A DNA stretch of 64,000 bases from a virus: IMG/VR virus record IMGVR_UViG_3300036859_000424. The stretch is one strand, 5' to 3'. Shown here in pieces: positions 9,352-17,303 of the stretch (positions within the stretch are counted from its first letter, which is position 1; every line of letters begins with the position of its first letter). The position numbers and the translations under genes were made by a program. The notes below the pieces were generated by a model. That model was not told the origin of the DNA. It worked only from the letters and a program-made list of their open reading frames with translations, and did no database searches.

Positions 9352-9743
9352 TGCCGCGACCCGACTACCTGCCTGAAGGCTGGATCTACGCCGAACAGAC
9401 GGCCGACGATCGCGCCCACCCCTGCTGTGACTTCTGTAACGAGCCGTACCCCTGTTTCGTGTTCCCGGCCCGCGAGTTCACGATGGCGATCGTCGTGCCG
9501 GGCTTGGGCACGCGGGTCCAGGAGTTCGCCGACGACGGCTGGGCCACCTGCGCCATGTGCGCGCCGATGGTCACCGCCCACGACGTCAAGGGCCTGCTGA
9601 ACCGCTGGTCCCGCCTGCACCCGACCGACCACGGGGTGTTGCTGGGGGTCACCCGGACGATCTTCGAGAACTTCTTCCGGTACAAGACCGGGCCGGCGGT
9701 CGCCTACCTGCCCGGGACCACCCCGCCCACCGCCCGCCGATAG
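9351..9743 (+). CDS. zinc-binding hypothetical protein
   Basis: CDFC...WATCAMC motif. Confidence 0.75.
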   Translation: MPRPDYLPEGWIYAEQTADDRAHPCCDFCNEPYPCFVFPAREFTMAIVVPGLGTRVQEFADDGWATCAMCAPMVTAHDVKGLLNRWSRLHPTDHGVLLGVTRTIFENFFRYKTGPAVAYLPGTTPPTARR

Positions 9744-9872
9744 CCCGTTCAGGCCGTTATGCTGGTCGATAATTGTGAACTAGCTCACATCGCGAGCCGA
9801 AACGCGGTACTATGCGCGGAGGGTTGGAGTGATCTGCGCGTAGCGCCGACGAACGGGCACGAAGGAGCGACT

Positions 9873-10613
9873 GTGCAACAGACCAGCAGACAGAACGGTG
9901 CAGTGATGGGGCGAGACGACGATCTCGACAGAACCCCGGAGCGGGCGCTGGTCCCGAGCGACCAGCAGGCGCTGGCCCGGCTACCCGAGCGAGACCGGGC
10001 GCTGCTGACGCCCGACGTCGTCGCCCGCTGGACTGGGGGCCTGGCGCCCGACGACTACCTGGACCCAGTGGAGATCGTCCGCCTTGAGCGCGGACGGCAG
10101 CGCACCTTACAGACGATCCGCGAAGGTGCTGAGCTGACGGACCTGGAGTTCAAGCTGCTGCGCTACTTCCAGCGCAACGAACGGCGCACCCTGACCTACC
10201 AGCAGATGGCCCACCACCTGTGGGGGACGTCGGCCCGGCCGATCACGGCCTACATGCTGCGGTCCCAGATGGGGTACGCCAGCCCGTACATCCGCCACAT
10301 CTGGGTCCTGGTCAGCAGCATCCGCCAAAAGCTGGAGATCGATCCACTAAGGCCACAACATCTTGCAACAATAAGAGGAGTTGGCTACCGCTGGTACAAC
10401 GATCCCCCAAGTCTGGACGACGGCGAGAACTACCAGAAGCGCCTGGCCGAATCTGAGACCATGCGCGCCCAGGTGCGCTATGACTTCGGATACAGCGTTG
10501 AGGACGATGTGCGGGTCCTTGAACGCCCCCGATCGGGGCCGATGCTGGGTCCGAACCACCCCGCCTACGAAGCGGACGTCACGGAACGGCGATCGGTCAG
10601 ACACGATCCCTGA
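9873..10613 (+). CDS. OmpR/PhoB-type winged-helix DNA-binding protein lacking a receiver domain
   Basis: ELTDLEFKLL...LTYQQMAHHLWG...VLVSSIRQKLEIDPLRPQHLATIRGVGYRW; GTG start after GAAGGAG. Confidence 0.85.
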   Translation: MQQTSRQNGAVMGRDDDLDRTPERALVPSDQQALARLPERDRALLTPDVVARWTGGLAPDDYLDPVEIVRLERGRQRTLQTIREGAELTDLEFKLLRYFQRNERRTLTYQQMAHHLWGTSARPITAYMLRSQMGYASPYIRHIWVLVSSIRQKLEIDPLRPQHLATIRGVGYRWYNDPPSLDDGENYQKRLAESETMRAQVRYDFGYSVEDDVRVLERPRSGPMLGPNHPAYEADVTERRSVRHDP

Positions 10614-10621
10614 GAGGAGCC

Positions 10622-11065
10622 ATGCCGGAGATCACCCTGACCCTCACCGACGACGAGATGGCCCAACTAGAGCGGGTGGCTGCGTCCCGCAACCAGGACC
10701 CGATCGGCGCGATCCTGTACGTGATCCGCCGCGACATCTTCCGCGTGCCGGCCGGCCAGCGGCGATCGCTTGAACGGAGCACCCCCCAGTACAAACGGAG
10801 AGGCGCCGATCGCCTGGCCCGCCAGGTCAGCCTGGTCGCCCACATCAAACAGCACGGGCACCCAGAGAGCAAGGCCCACGCCCAGGTGCTGGCCGACAAG
10901 TTTGGGGTCTCAGCGCGGACGATCTACCGCGACCTGGAGCTGGCCCAGGAGGCGATCGACCGCGAAGCCGGGGACCCGGCCGTCCTGCCGGCCCCGGGGC
11001 CGCGCCCCAGGATGGGCCGCCCACCGAAGGTCCCCCGCTACCGCCACCAGGCGGCCACCGGGTAA
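10622..11065 (+). CDS. ribbon-helix-helix plus HTH_11-like transcription regulator
   Basis: N-terminal EITLTLTDDEMAQLERVA; C-terminal LADKFGVSARTIYRDL. Confidence 0.75.
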   Translation: MPEITLTLTDDEMAQLERVAASRNQDPIGAILYVIRRDIFRVPAGQRRSLERSTPQYKRRGADRLARQVSLVAHIKQHGHPESKAHAQVLADKFGVSARTIYRDLELAQEAIDREAGDPAVLPAPGPRPRMGRPPKVPRYRHQAATG

Positions 11066-11136
11066 CAAAATGGCTGCCCGGGACATCACCCCAGGCAGCC
11101 GTGCCGTCACCCTGCAAAACCCTGAGAGGAGTCTTC

Positions 11137-11766
11137 ATGGCTGATCAGGCAACCACAGTGTCGAGCAGCGGCGGGTCGGGCGTCAAGGCGAACCGACGGC
11201 GCTGGCCGACCGACACCCGGAGCAAGCCCCGCCGGCTGCTGTCGTATCGCCAGTCCTGGGTCCGGGGCCAGCGCAGAGACACCGGCGCCCCATTCTGGAT
11301 CGTGCCCGGCGACTCCGGGTCCCACTACACCGACCTGCTGGCCTGTAGCTGCGAGCGCTGGCAGTTCCTGCGGCGCTCGCCGGAGCAGGCGTGCACCCAC
11401 ATCATGGCGGTCCGCCTGTGGTACGCCGCCTTTAGAGACCACAAGCTGACCGACGACCCTGGCGAGCCCCACCGCAAGCTGCGGCCGGGCGACCGCGAGC
11501 ATTTTGAAGCCCAGGACCTGGTGCTGTCGGCGATCGCCGACAGCCTGCTGGCCCAGTTCGAGATCGGGACGTCCCAGCCGCTGGAGTGGGACACCCCCGG
11601 GACGACGTCGCTTGCGATGTTCGCGTCCAGCATGGACGACGACGGGCTGCGCCAGCAGTTGGCGCACGACAACGCGACCTACGCCAGGACCCGTCACCTG
11701 GCGATCGTGGACGATGATGGAACAACCCCTAGGGCCGTTCTCAACCCCCCTGATGAAAGGCCATAG
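11137..11766 (+). CDS. SWIM zinc-finger protein
   Basis: HYT...CSCERW...ACTHIMAV (CxC...CxH); preceded by CCTGAGAGGAG. Confidence 0.75.
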   Translation: MADQATTVSSSGGSGVKANRRRWPTDTRSKPRRLLSYRQSWVRGQRRDTGAPFWIVPGDSGSHYTDLLACSCERWQFLRRSPEQACTHIMAVRLWYAAFRDHKLTDDPGEPHRKLRPGDREHFEAQDLVLSAIADSLLAQFEIGTSQPLEWDTPGTTSLAMFASSMDDDGLRQQLAHDNATYARTRHLAIVDDDGTTPRAVLNPPDERP

Positions 11767-12133
11767 CATGGGAGAGTACCGCGACCTACCGGTCCCGATC
11801 CGGGAGCTCGATCCGCACCTGACCCACCTGATCGACGGCCACCGGATCATCTGCTACGGCGAGGCGAAGGCCCCGGCCGACTGGCCGGGGGATGGCCCCC
11901 GGATGCCGTTCCACCTGGCGCTGGGACCCGGTGGCACCCGGCTACTACTGCTGCGAGACGGCTACCCGCCGCAAGAGCTGGTGATCTCCGACCTGGTCTC
12001 GCGCTGGCTGATCGCGACCGGGTCACCGGCGATTCAGGTTGACGGGGATGGACCGGTCGGGCTGACCGACCGCGAGCGGGCGAAGCTGGCCGATCTTCGC
12101 CGGCAGCACGACCATCAGGCCGATGACCGGTAG
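11753..12133 (+). CDS. hypothetical protein (start 11753 or 11768)
   Basis: GC3-rich frame between coupled genes. Confidence 0.65.
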   Translation: MKGHSMGEYRDLPVPIRELDPHLTHLIDGHRIICYGEAKAPADWPGDGPRMPFHLALGPGGTRLLLLRDGYPPQELVISDLVSRWLIATGSPAIQVDGDGPVGLTDRERAKLADLRRQHDHQADDR

Positions 12134-12362
12134 GCCCGCGCGCCAGCGGGCGGTTGCCGAAGACTGGATCATCGCCCCGGGTGACCGGGTTCTGCTGGCG
12201 TACCGGCGCGGCGTCGGCATCCCGAGGCGGCTGGACCACACCTGGGCGACCGTCGTCGTCCCGAACGAACGGAGCCTGGACATCCGGTTGGACAGCGGCG
12301 ACACCCGGCGGGTCAGCCGGGGGACGGTCGTCGCCTGCATCCCGCCGAGATCGACGTCGTGA
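12123..12362 (+). CDS. small SH3/KOW-like hypothetical protein
   Basis: IAPGDRVLL...WATVV...DIRLDSG pattern. Confidence 0.55.
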   Translation: MTGRPARQRAVAEDWIIAPGDRVLLAYRRGVGIPRRLDHTWATVVVPNERSLDIRLDSGDTRRVSRGTVVACIPPRSTS

Positions 12363-12553
12363 TCACGATCAAAGAGGCTGCCGGCTTGACCGGCTACTCG
12401 ATCACCCACCTGGCCCGCCTGATCCGGACCGGCAAGCTAGCCGGTAAACGGATCGGCCCGATCTGGACGACGACCGTTGAGGCACTTGAGGTGTACCGTC
12501 GAACTGACCCGCGACCAGGTCCTGTGCCGGCGGCCGGGCGGCCCCATGACTGA
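12359..12553 (+). CDS. excisionase-like HTH (HTH_17/MerR-like) protein
   Basis: MITIKEAAGLTGYSITHLARLIRTGKLAGKRIG. Confidence 0.85.
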   Translation: MITIKEAAGLTGYSITHLARLIRTGKLAGKRIGPIWTTTVEALEVYRRTDPRPGPVPAAGRPHD

Positions 12554-13208
12554 CCGCCAGGATATCACCGTCCTGTTCCAGGGCCTGCGTCCGGAGAAGC
12601 GCCGCTTCTACCGGGCGACCCAGCCGACGGTCAGCGAGATCCGCGACGGCATCCCGGACGGCCTGATCGGGCGGCCCTCTCGGGCGGTCGGCAAGACGAT
12701 CGGCGGCATCTACACCTGCCGCGAGGACCCCAGATGGCCCGGACACAGCCCCTGGGCCTCTCATGGGCCGTACGTGCGCGAGATCGGCTCTCGGGACCCC
12801 CGGGCCGCGATCTGGCGCCTGCGGGCGCCTGGCGTCCGCCTGCTGACGATCGACAGCAGCGACGACCTGGCCGACGCCTATGACCGCTACCCGTCTGACT
12901 TCCTGGCCGGGCGCGGGGTCAGGTCGCTGCTGTCCGATCGGGCGTCCTGGTCGGTCCCGAAGATGCCGGAGATCGACCACGAAGCGGCGGCAGCCGACGG
13001 CTACGACGGCTTTGAAGTCACACCCCGGGGCCTGCGAGCCTGGGGCGACCCCCGGCACCCCCGCTGGGACGTCTACTGGCCGCTGGCGCTGGTCGGTTGG
13101 GACGTCCCAACCGTCCTGTTCTACCGCTGGGCGTTCGTGGGACGTCCCCAGCGGGTCACGCAAGAGGGTCACCATGTCGATGAATCAGAAGCTGACGAAC
13201 CTGTTTGA
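12546..13208 (+). CDS. conserved phage hypothetical protein
   Basis: GGIYT...IDSSDDL...IDHE...YDGFEVT...GWDVPT pattern. Confidence 0.7.
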   Translation: MTDRQDITVLFQGLRPEKRRFYRATQPTVSEIRDGIPDGLIGRPSRAVGKTIGGIYTCREDPRWPGHSPWASHGPYVREIGSRDPRAAIWRLRAPGVRLLTIDSSDDLADAYDRYPSDFLAGRGVRSLLSDRASWSVPKMPEIDHEAAAADGYDGFEVTPRGLRAWGDPRHPRWDVYWPLALVGWDVPTVLFYRWAFVGRPQRVTQEGHHVDESEADEPV

Positions 13209-13800
13209 CGCCTGCACCACGATGGCCCAGGGGATCGCCAAAGAGCACGAGCTGATCTACCCGTTCATGTGGACGATGGGCAAGGACGGGCGGGTTGCCG
13301 CCCACGTCCTGAACATACCGAACGTCAACGTCACGACGGCGGCGAAGCTAGTGGCGATCGCCACCAAGGCGACCCACGTGGCGCTGGCCGTTGAAGCCTG
13401 GGTCGGGCACCTGGACGCCGACGTCGAACAGGACCAGGAGATCCAGGACAAGTTCCGGCGCGGCGAGTTGCGGGCCAGCCAGCTACCGCCCAGCCAGCGG
13501 ATGGACATGCTGTGGGTGATGGCCGAATCGAACTGGGGCCAGCGCCTGGATCGCCGCTGGATCATCCACCCCGAAGCCGCGCCCGGCCTCTCCCGGACCT
13601 TGCAGGACTACGAGAACTGGGAGGAGCAGGGGGCGGTGATCCACACCGTCGACCCCAACTACAACCCCTGGCGACCGTTGATCCCCGACCCAGCCGCGGC
13701 GCGTCGGCTCCTGGGTAACCTGGGCGGCGCCGTCGGGCTGTGCCAGGTCATCCTGGCCCAGGCTGACCTGGTCGACCTGCGGACCGGACGGGTGAACTGA
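13174..13800 (+). CDS. hypothetical protein
   Basis: RBS AGAGGG; coupled to next gene. Confidence 0.75.
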   Translation: MSMNQKLTNLFDACTTMAQGIAKEHELIYPFMWTMGKDGRVAAHVLNIPNVNVTTAAKLVAIATKATHVALAVEAWVGHLDADVEQDQEIQDKFRRGELRASQLPPSQRMDMLWVMAESNWGQRLDRRWIIHPEAAPGLSRTLQDYENWEEQGAVIHTVDPNYNPWRPLIPDPAAARRLLGNLGGAVGLCQVILAQADLVDLRTGRVN

Positions 13801-14306
13801 TGGGACGATGTCGACAGCGTCGATATTCCCGCCCCGGAGGGGACAGCCCGTACTACCGCTGCGCCTGGTGCCTGCGCGAGAGTCACCATCCCGTCGACAT
13901 CATCAACCGCTACTGCCCCTGCTGCGGAACCGACGACCGGACCCTGCCGAAGACCTGCGAGCACCGGACCGGGTCGACCTTGCTGGATCTGTTCGGTGAG
14001 GGCGTCCGGTATGTCAGGCGCGACCCCTGGGCCGACGGCAACTACCTTGAGCTGTTGGACGTCGCCGGCTTCATGGGGCCGTTCGCCTGGATTCACAGCC
14101 CGCTGGAATGGGACGGGGTCGTGCCGACCGCGACCATCGCAAGCGACGTCCCCGACGACGTGGCGATGGCCGCCCGGGAAACACCACTGTGGCAGCTACC
14201 CCGGGGTGGCTGGGAAGCGTACACCGGGCCGACGGTCGATCAGCGAAGGTTCGGAACCTACATCGACCCCCGGGGCCGGGTCTGGCTGGAGAAGCCGGAG
14301 ACATGA
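13800..14306 (+). CDS. zinc-finger hypothetical protein
   Basis: YRCAWC...RYCPCC in the N-terminus. Confidence 0.7.
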   Translation: MGRCRQRRYSRPGGDSPYYRCAWCLRESHHPVDIINRYCPCCGTDDRTLPKTCEHRTGSTLLDLFGEGVRYVRRDPWADGNYLELLDVAGFMGPFAWIHSPLEWDGVVPTATIASDVPDDVAMAARETPLWQLPRGGWEAYTGPTVDQRRFGTYIDPRGRVWLEKPET

Positions 14307-14668
14307 TGCCGATGGTCGTCTACACCCTGACCGAAGAACAGCGCCAGATCATCCTGCTAGCGCTGGTCGAGCTGGCCCGGCAGCGACCGGGCTGGGGCGC
14401 CGCGATCCGCGAGATCACCGACGACATCTTCTCTGCCCGGCTGGTCCGCGAGGAGATTGAGCGGCTGCTGGGGGACCTGGCGGTCGCGTACAGCAGCGAG
14501 CACCAGCGGCGGCTGGAGACCGTGGAGCTGGGGTTGGCGAACGCCCAGCAGGCGATAGCCATCCTGGAAGCCCGCGACCGAATCGAGGCCGACCGCGCCA
14601 CTTCGCTGTGTCCGAACGCCGCCGATTCGTGTGACGTCCCGACGTCGACAGAAGGCGCCGCGTCGTGA
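14303..14668 (+). CDS. helical hypothetical protein
   Basis: ATGA coupling; coiled-coil composition. Confidence 0.7.
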   Translation: MMPMVVYTLTEEQRQIILLALVELARQRPGWGAAIREITDDIFSARLVREEIERLLGDLAVAYSSEHQRRLETVELGLANAQQAIAILEARDRIEADRATSLCPNAADSCDVPTSTEGAAS

Positions 14669-15018
14669 AGTTCACGGAAGAGGAGCGTCTGGAAGCGTTT
14701 CGGCAGTGTTACGCCTTGAGTCGGGCGATCGCCGCGCGGGCACGACAGCAGCAGGGGGAACACCCAGTGACGTACGGACCACCGATGGACCGCGACAACT
14801 GGCAGCCGCTGGACTACCTGTTTGAAGGGATCAGGCGTGGACTCGCTGAGGACGGCCTGAAGGTGACCTGGGGCGAGATCCGCGACGCCTACGAAGCGGC
14901 GGCCGCGCCGGCGGCCAATCGGGAAGGGCAGTCGAGATCCAACTGGGTCCGGGATCTCCGGGCGATGGCCCAACGGCGCCAGGGCGCTGGTGTGGGCGAT
15001 CCGGACTCTCAGGGGTAG
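14665..15018 (+). CDS. hypothetical protein
   Basis: GTGA coupling. Confidence 0.7.
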   Translation: MKFTEEERLEAFRQCYALSRAIAARARQQQGEHPVTYGPPMDRDNWQPLDYLFEGIRRGLAEDGLKVTWGEIRDAYEAAAAPAANREGQSRSNWVRDLRAMAQRRQGAGVGDPDSQG

Positions 15019-15024
15019 GGAACG

Positions 15025-15366
15025 ATGACGATCATGCAAAGCTGCGACCACCACGACGCGGGGCGATGCGTCCCAGATAACCGCTCTCGGGAGCGCATCC
15101 TCGAACAGTTCGCGCTGGCGATCGACTTCGGGGATGCCTTCCTGGAGATGGTTCGGGGGTCGGACCTGCATATCCAGGTGTTGGCGGCGGGGGCGCCAAC
15201 ACTGCAACCGACCATCACGATCTCGATGGCGAAGTTTCTGACGGCCTGGGTCCACTACGTCAGGTGGCAGGCCAATCAGCCCCGGGGCGACGACCTGGCC
15301 CCGCCAGTCCGCCCGCCTGCCGAGATCCGGGTGCCGGATCTCGAAGGCGAGCCGATCGGCGAGTAG
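15025..15366 (+). CDS. hypothetical protein
   Basis: Last rightward gene before the repressor. Confidence 0.65.
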   Translation: MTIMQSCDHHDAGRCVPDNRSRERILEQFALAIDFGDAFLEMVRGSDLHIQVLAAGAPTLQPTITISMAKFLTAWVHYVRWQANQPRGDDLAPPVRPPAEIRVPDLEGEPIGE

Positions 15367-15436
15367 CGGCGGGTCGACTGACGCTGGGGGTCATGGCAGA
15401 GGAGGCCACGGTGGTAGCAGCCGACCCAAAGACGGA

Positions 15437-16111
15437 TTAGGCACCACCGAACCGGGGTGGGGAGCTGTAGGTGCCCAGGAGAACGCCCGCCAGGCGGGCC
15501 AGGCGTGCATCAAGGTAGGTCCCGTCGCCCAGGCGGTAGCGTGACTCAACGCCGCCTGTCTCCGGGACTTCGAGATACCAGGCGACATGGGTCGAGCCCT
15601 GGTAGTCGATGACGACCGGGTCACGGTGAAGCGGGTCCCGGTCAGGATCGAAGATCGCCAGGGCGCCCACAGCCACGTACGGCGGCAGGCCGCCGCCGGT
15701 GACCAGCGTGGCCATGATGCCCTGGTGCTGCCCGTTGATCGACAGCGGCACCGGGATCAACTCCCCCGTTTCAAGGTGTCCGGCCCCGGTAGCCGTCGCG
15801 AACAGCCGGACGACCGGTACCAACAGGACTCCTTCGGCAACCAGGTCGCCGGCCGGCCCGCCCGGTAGGACGTACGGCATCAGAAAAGACCTGGGGACCT
15901 TGAAGGCCCGCGCCAACAGCTCGATGGTACGGATCTTCGGAAAGTCCACGATACCCCTGACCAGCAGGGACAGCGTGGAATGCGAGACGCCGGATTCGTC
16001 GGCCGCCTTGGACAGCGACCACCCCCGCTGCTCCATCAGCCACTTCACCCGCGCCCCAACGCTGGAATGCGTCGGTATCGACGTTGTTTCGGTCGGAACG
16101 GAAACGACCAT
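15437..16111 (-). CDS. CI-like immunity repressor: XRE HTH plus degenerate S24 (LexA-type) C-terminal domain
   Basis: VGARVKWLMEQRGWSLSKAADESGVSHSTLSLLVRG HTH; S24-like VTGGGLPP...GALAIFDP...VVIDYQGSTHVAW; divergent from a Cro-like gene. Confidence 0.85.
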   Translation of the reverse strand: MVVSVPTETTSIPTHSSVGARVKWLMEQRGWSLSKAADESGVSHSTLSLLVRGIVDFPKIRTIELLARAFKVPRSFLMPYVLPGGPAGDLVAEGVLLVPVVRLFATATGAGHLETGELIPVPLSINGQHQGIMATLVTGGGLPPYVAVGALAIFDPDRDPLHRDPVVIDYQGSTHVAWYLEVPETGGVESRYRLGDGTYLDARLARLAGVLLGTYSSPPRFGGA

Positions 16112-16201
16112 TGAGCCTCCTCACAAAGAGGAGGATACCACCCCGTAGGAGACGACACCGTGTGTAGACCTCCCCAATTTGGGTGGTTTTCGGCGACGGG
16201 T

Positions 16202-16230
16202 TTGACATGGTTCACAACCGGAGGTACATT
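16202..16230 (+). promoter_or_regulatory. sigma70/SigA-type rightward promoter (PR-like)
   Basis: TTGACA (16202-16207), 17-nt spacer, TACATT (16225-16230). Confidence 0.8.
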
Positions 16231-16289
16231 TGGAGGACGCGCGGAACCGACTGGGGGGTCACCGGACCGGGCGGCAGGAGCATCCCCAT

Positions 16290-16688
16290 ATGCGCACGTC
16301 CAGCAGCGCTGCGCTGCGGGCACCCGCCGCGCCCGACGACGGCCGCGACCTGATCTCGGCGCGTCCCCAGCACGACCTGATCGCCGGCCTGATGGCGATC
16401 GCCCTGCGCGAGGGCATCCCGCGCTACGCCCTGTGCGAGAAGATCGGGATCGATCACGCGATGCTCTCGCGGGCCAGTCGATCGGACACCCGTAAGGAGC
16501 GGCTGGGGATCGTCACCTGCGCCAAGATCGTCACGGCGTACCCGGAGCTATCGGACGCCGCCGCCAACTATCTGGCCGACGGCTTCGGCTGGCCGATCAT
16601 CCGCGCCCTGGCCGTGCTGGGCCAGGCAGCCGAAGCGGTCGAGGACGTCGGCGCAGCCGATGATGGCGCACCGCAGGTGGACCAGTGA
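16290..16688 (+). CDS. Cro-like HTH protein
   Basis: IPRYALCEKIGIDHAMLSR HTH; divergent from CI. Confidence 0.7.
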   Translation: MRTSSSAALRAPAAPDDGRDLISARPQHDLIAGLMAIALREGIPRYALCEKIGIDHAMLSRASRSDTRKERLGIVTCAKIVTAYPELSDAAANYLADGFGWPIIRALAVLGQAAEAVEDVGAADDGAPQVDQ

Positions 16689-16743
16689 TCGGGGCGCGGC
16701 TGACCCTGATCTACAGCTTCTGACGCCGCGCTTCGGCGCGGCC

Positions 16744-16770
16744 GGGCGGCGCACCGGGCGCCGCCCTTTT
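16744..16770 (+). terminator. intrinsic terminator after the Cro-like gene, preceded by a C(UUCG)G hairpin at 16725-16742
   Basis: GGGCGGCGC-ACCGG-GCGCCGCCC followed by TTTT. Confidence 0.8.
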
Positions 16771-16804
16771 GTGTCCGACCGAACCAGGTGGAAAGGGGGG
16801 TTCC

Positions 16805-17092
16805 ATGCCGAGGGGGTTTTGTAGACGGTGCGGGCGCGGTCGCGGCGCGATCCACACCTGCCCACCCCCTGACCCCACGATCGTACTGGAAGCCCGGCCG
16901 CTGGGGCCGGTCGCCCTGATCGGGCAGTACCTGCTGTGGCACGCCGTCACCGTCTGCGACGGCCGCTGCCTGGTCTGCCTGGACGCGGCCGCCTTCCTGG
17001 CTGAGAAGGACGCCCTACCGACCGATCTGGGCCGCCTGGTGGCCAGCGCCCACAGCCGCGCGAGCTTCAACGGGGAGGCTGCTGATGCGTAG
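16805..17092 (+). CDS. Cys-rich hypothetical protein
   Basis: CRRC...HTC, CDGRCLVC. Confidence 0.65.
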   Translation: MPRGFCRRCGRGRGAIHTCPPPDPTIVLEARPLGPVALIGQYLLWHAVTVCDGRCLVCLDAAAFLAEKDALPTDLGRLVASAHSRASFNGEAADA

Positions 17093-17303
17093 AAACGGAG
17101 ACCAGACGCTGCCGCCGACGCTGGTCCTGCACAGCTACAGCAGCGATCGTCACGGGCGGGCCGTCGCCGACGCACGCCTGGACGGCCTGATCCAGGGATT
17201 CTGCTGGGGCCTGGGCGCAGCGGGGCTGACCTGGTTCGTCCTGTCGGGGAACCTGGTCCGCCTGTTGATCGCCGTCGTCCGGTCGGCGCTGGCCCTGCCG
17301 TGA
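17085..17303 (+). CDS. small membrane protein
   Basis: C-terminal hydrophobic helix. Confidence 0.65.
   Translation: MRRNGDQTLPPTLVLHSYSSDRHGRAVADARLDGLIQGFCWGLGAAGLTWFVLSGNLVRLLIAVVRSALALP

Noticed and set aside
12359-12553. Xis-like gene as evidence of a nearby integration module
   Set aside because: HTH_17 proteins are common stand-alone regulators, and no integrase is adjacent.
13800-14306. Possible Tad2/DUF2829-like anti-Thoeris domain (YVRRDPW...YLEL)
   Set aside because: The resemblance is limited to a few residues and the C-terminal D-x-L-A-x-D-W motif is missing; it needs an HMM search.
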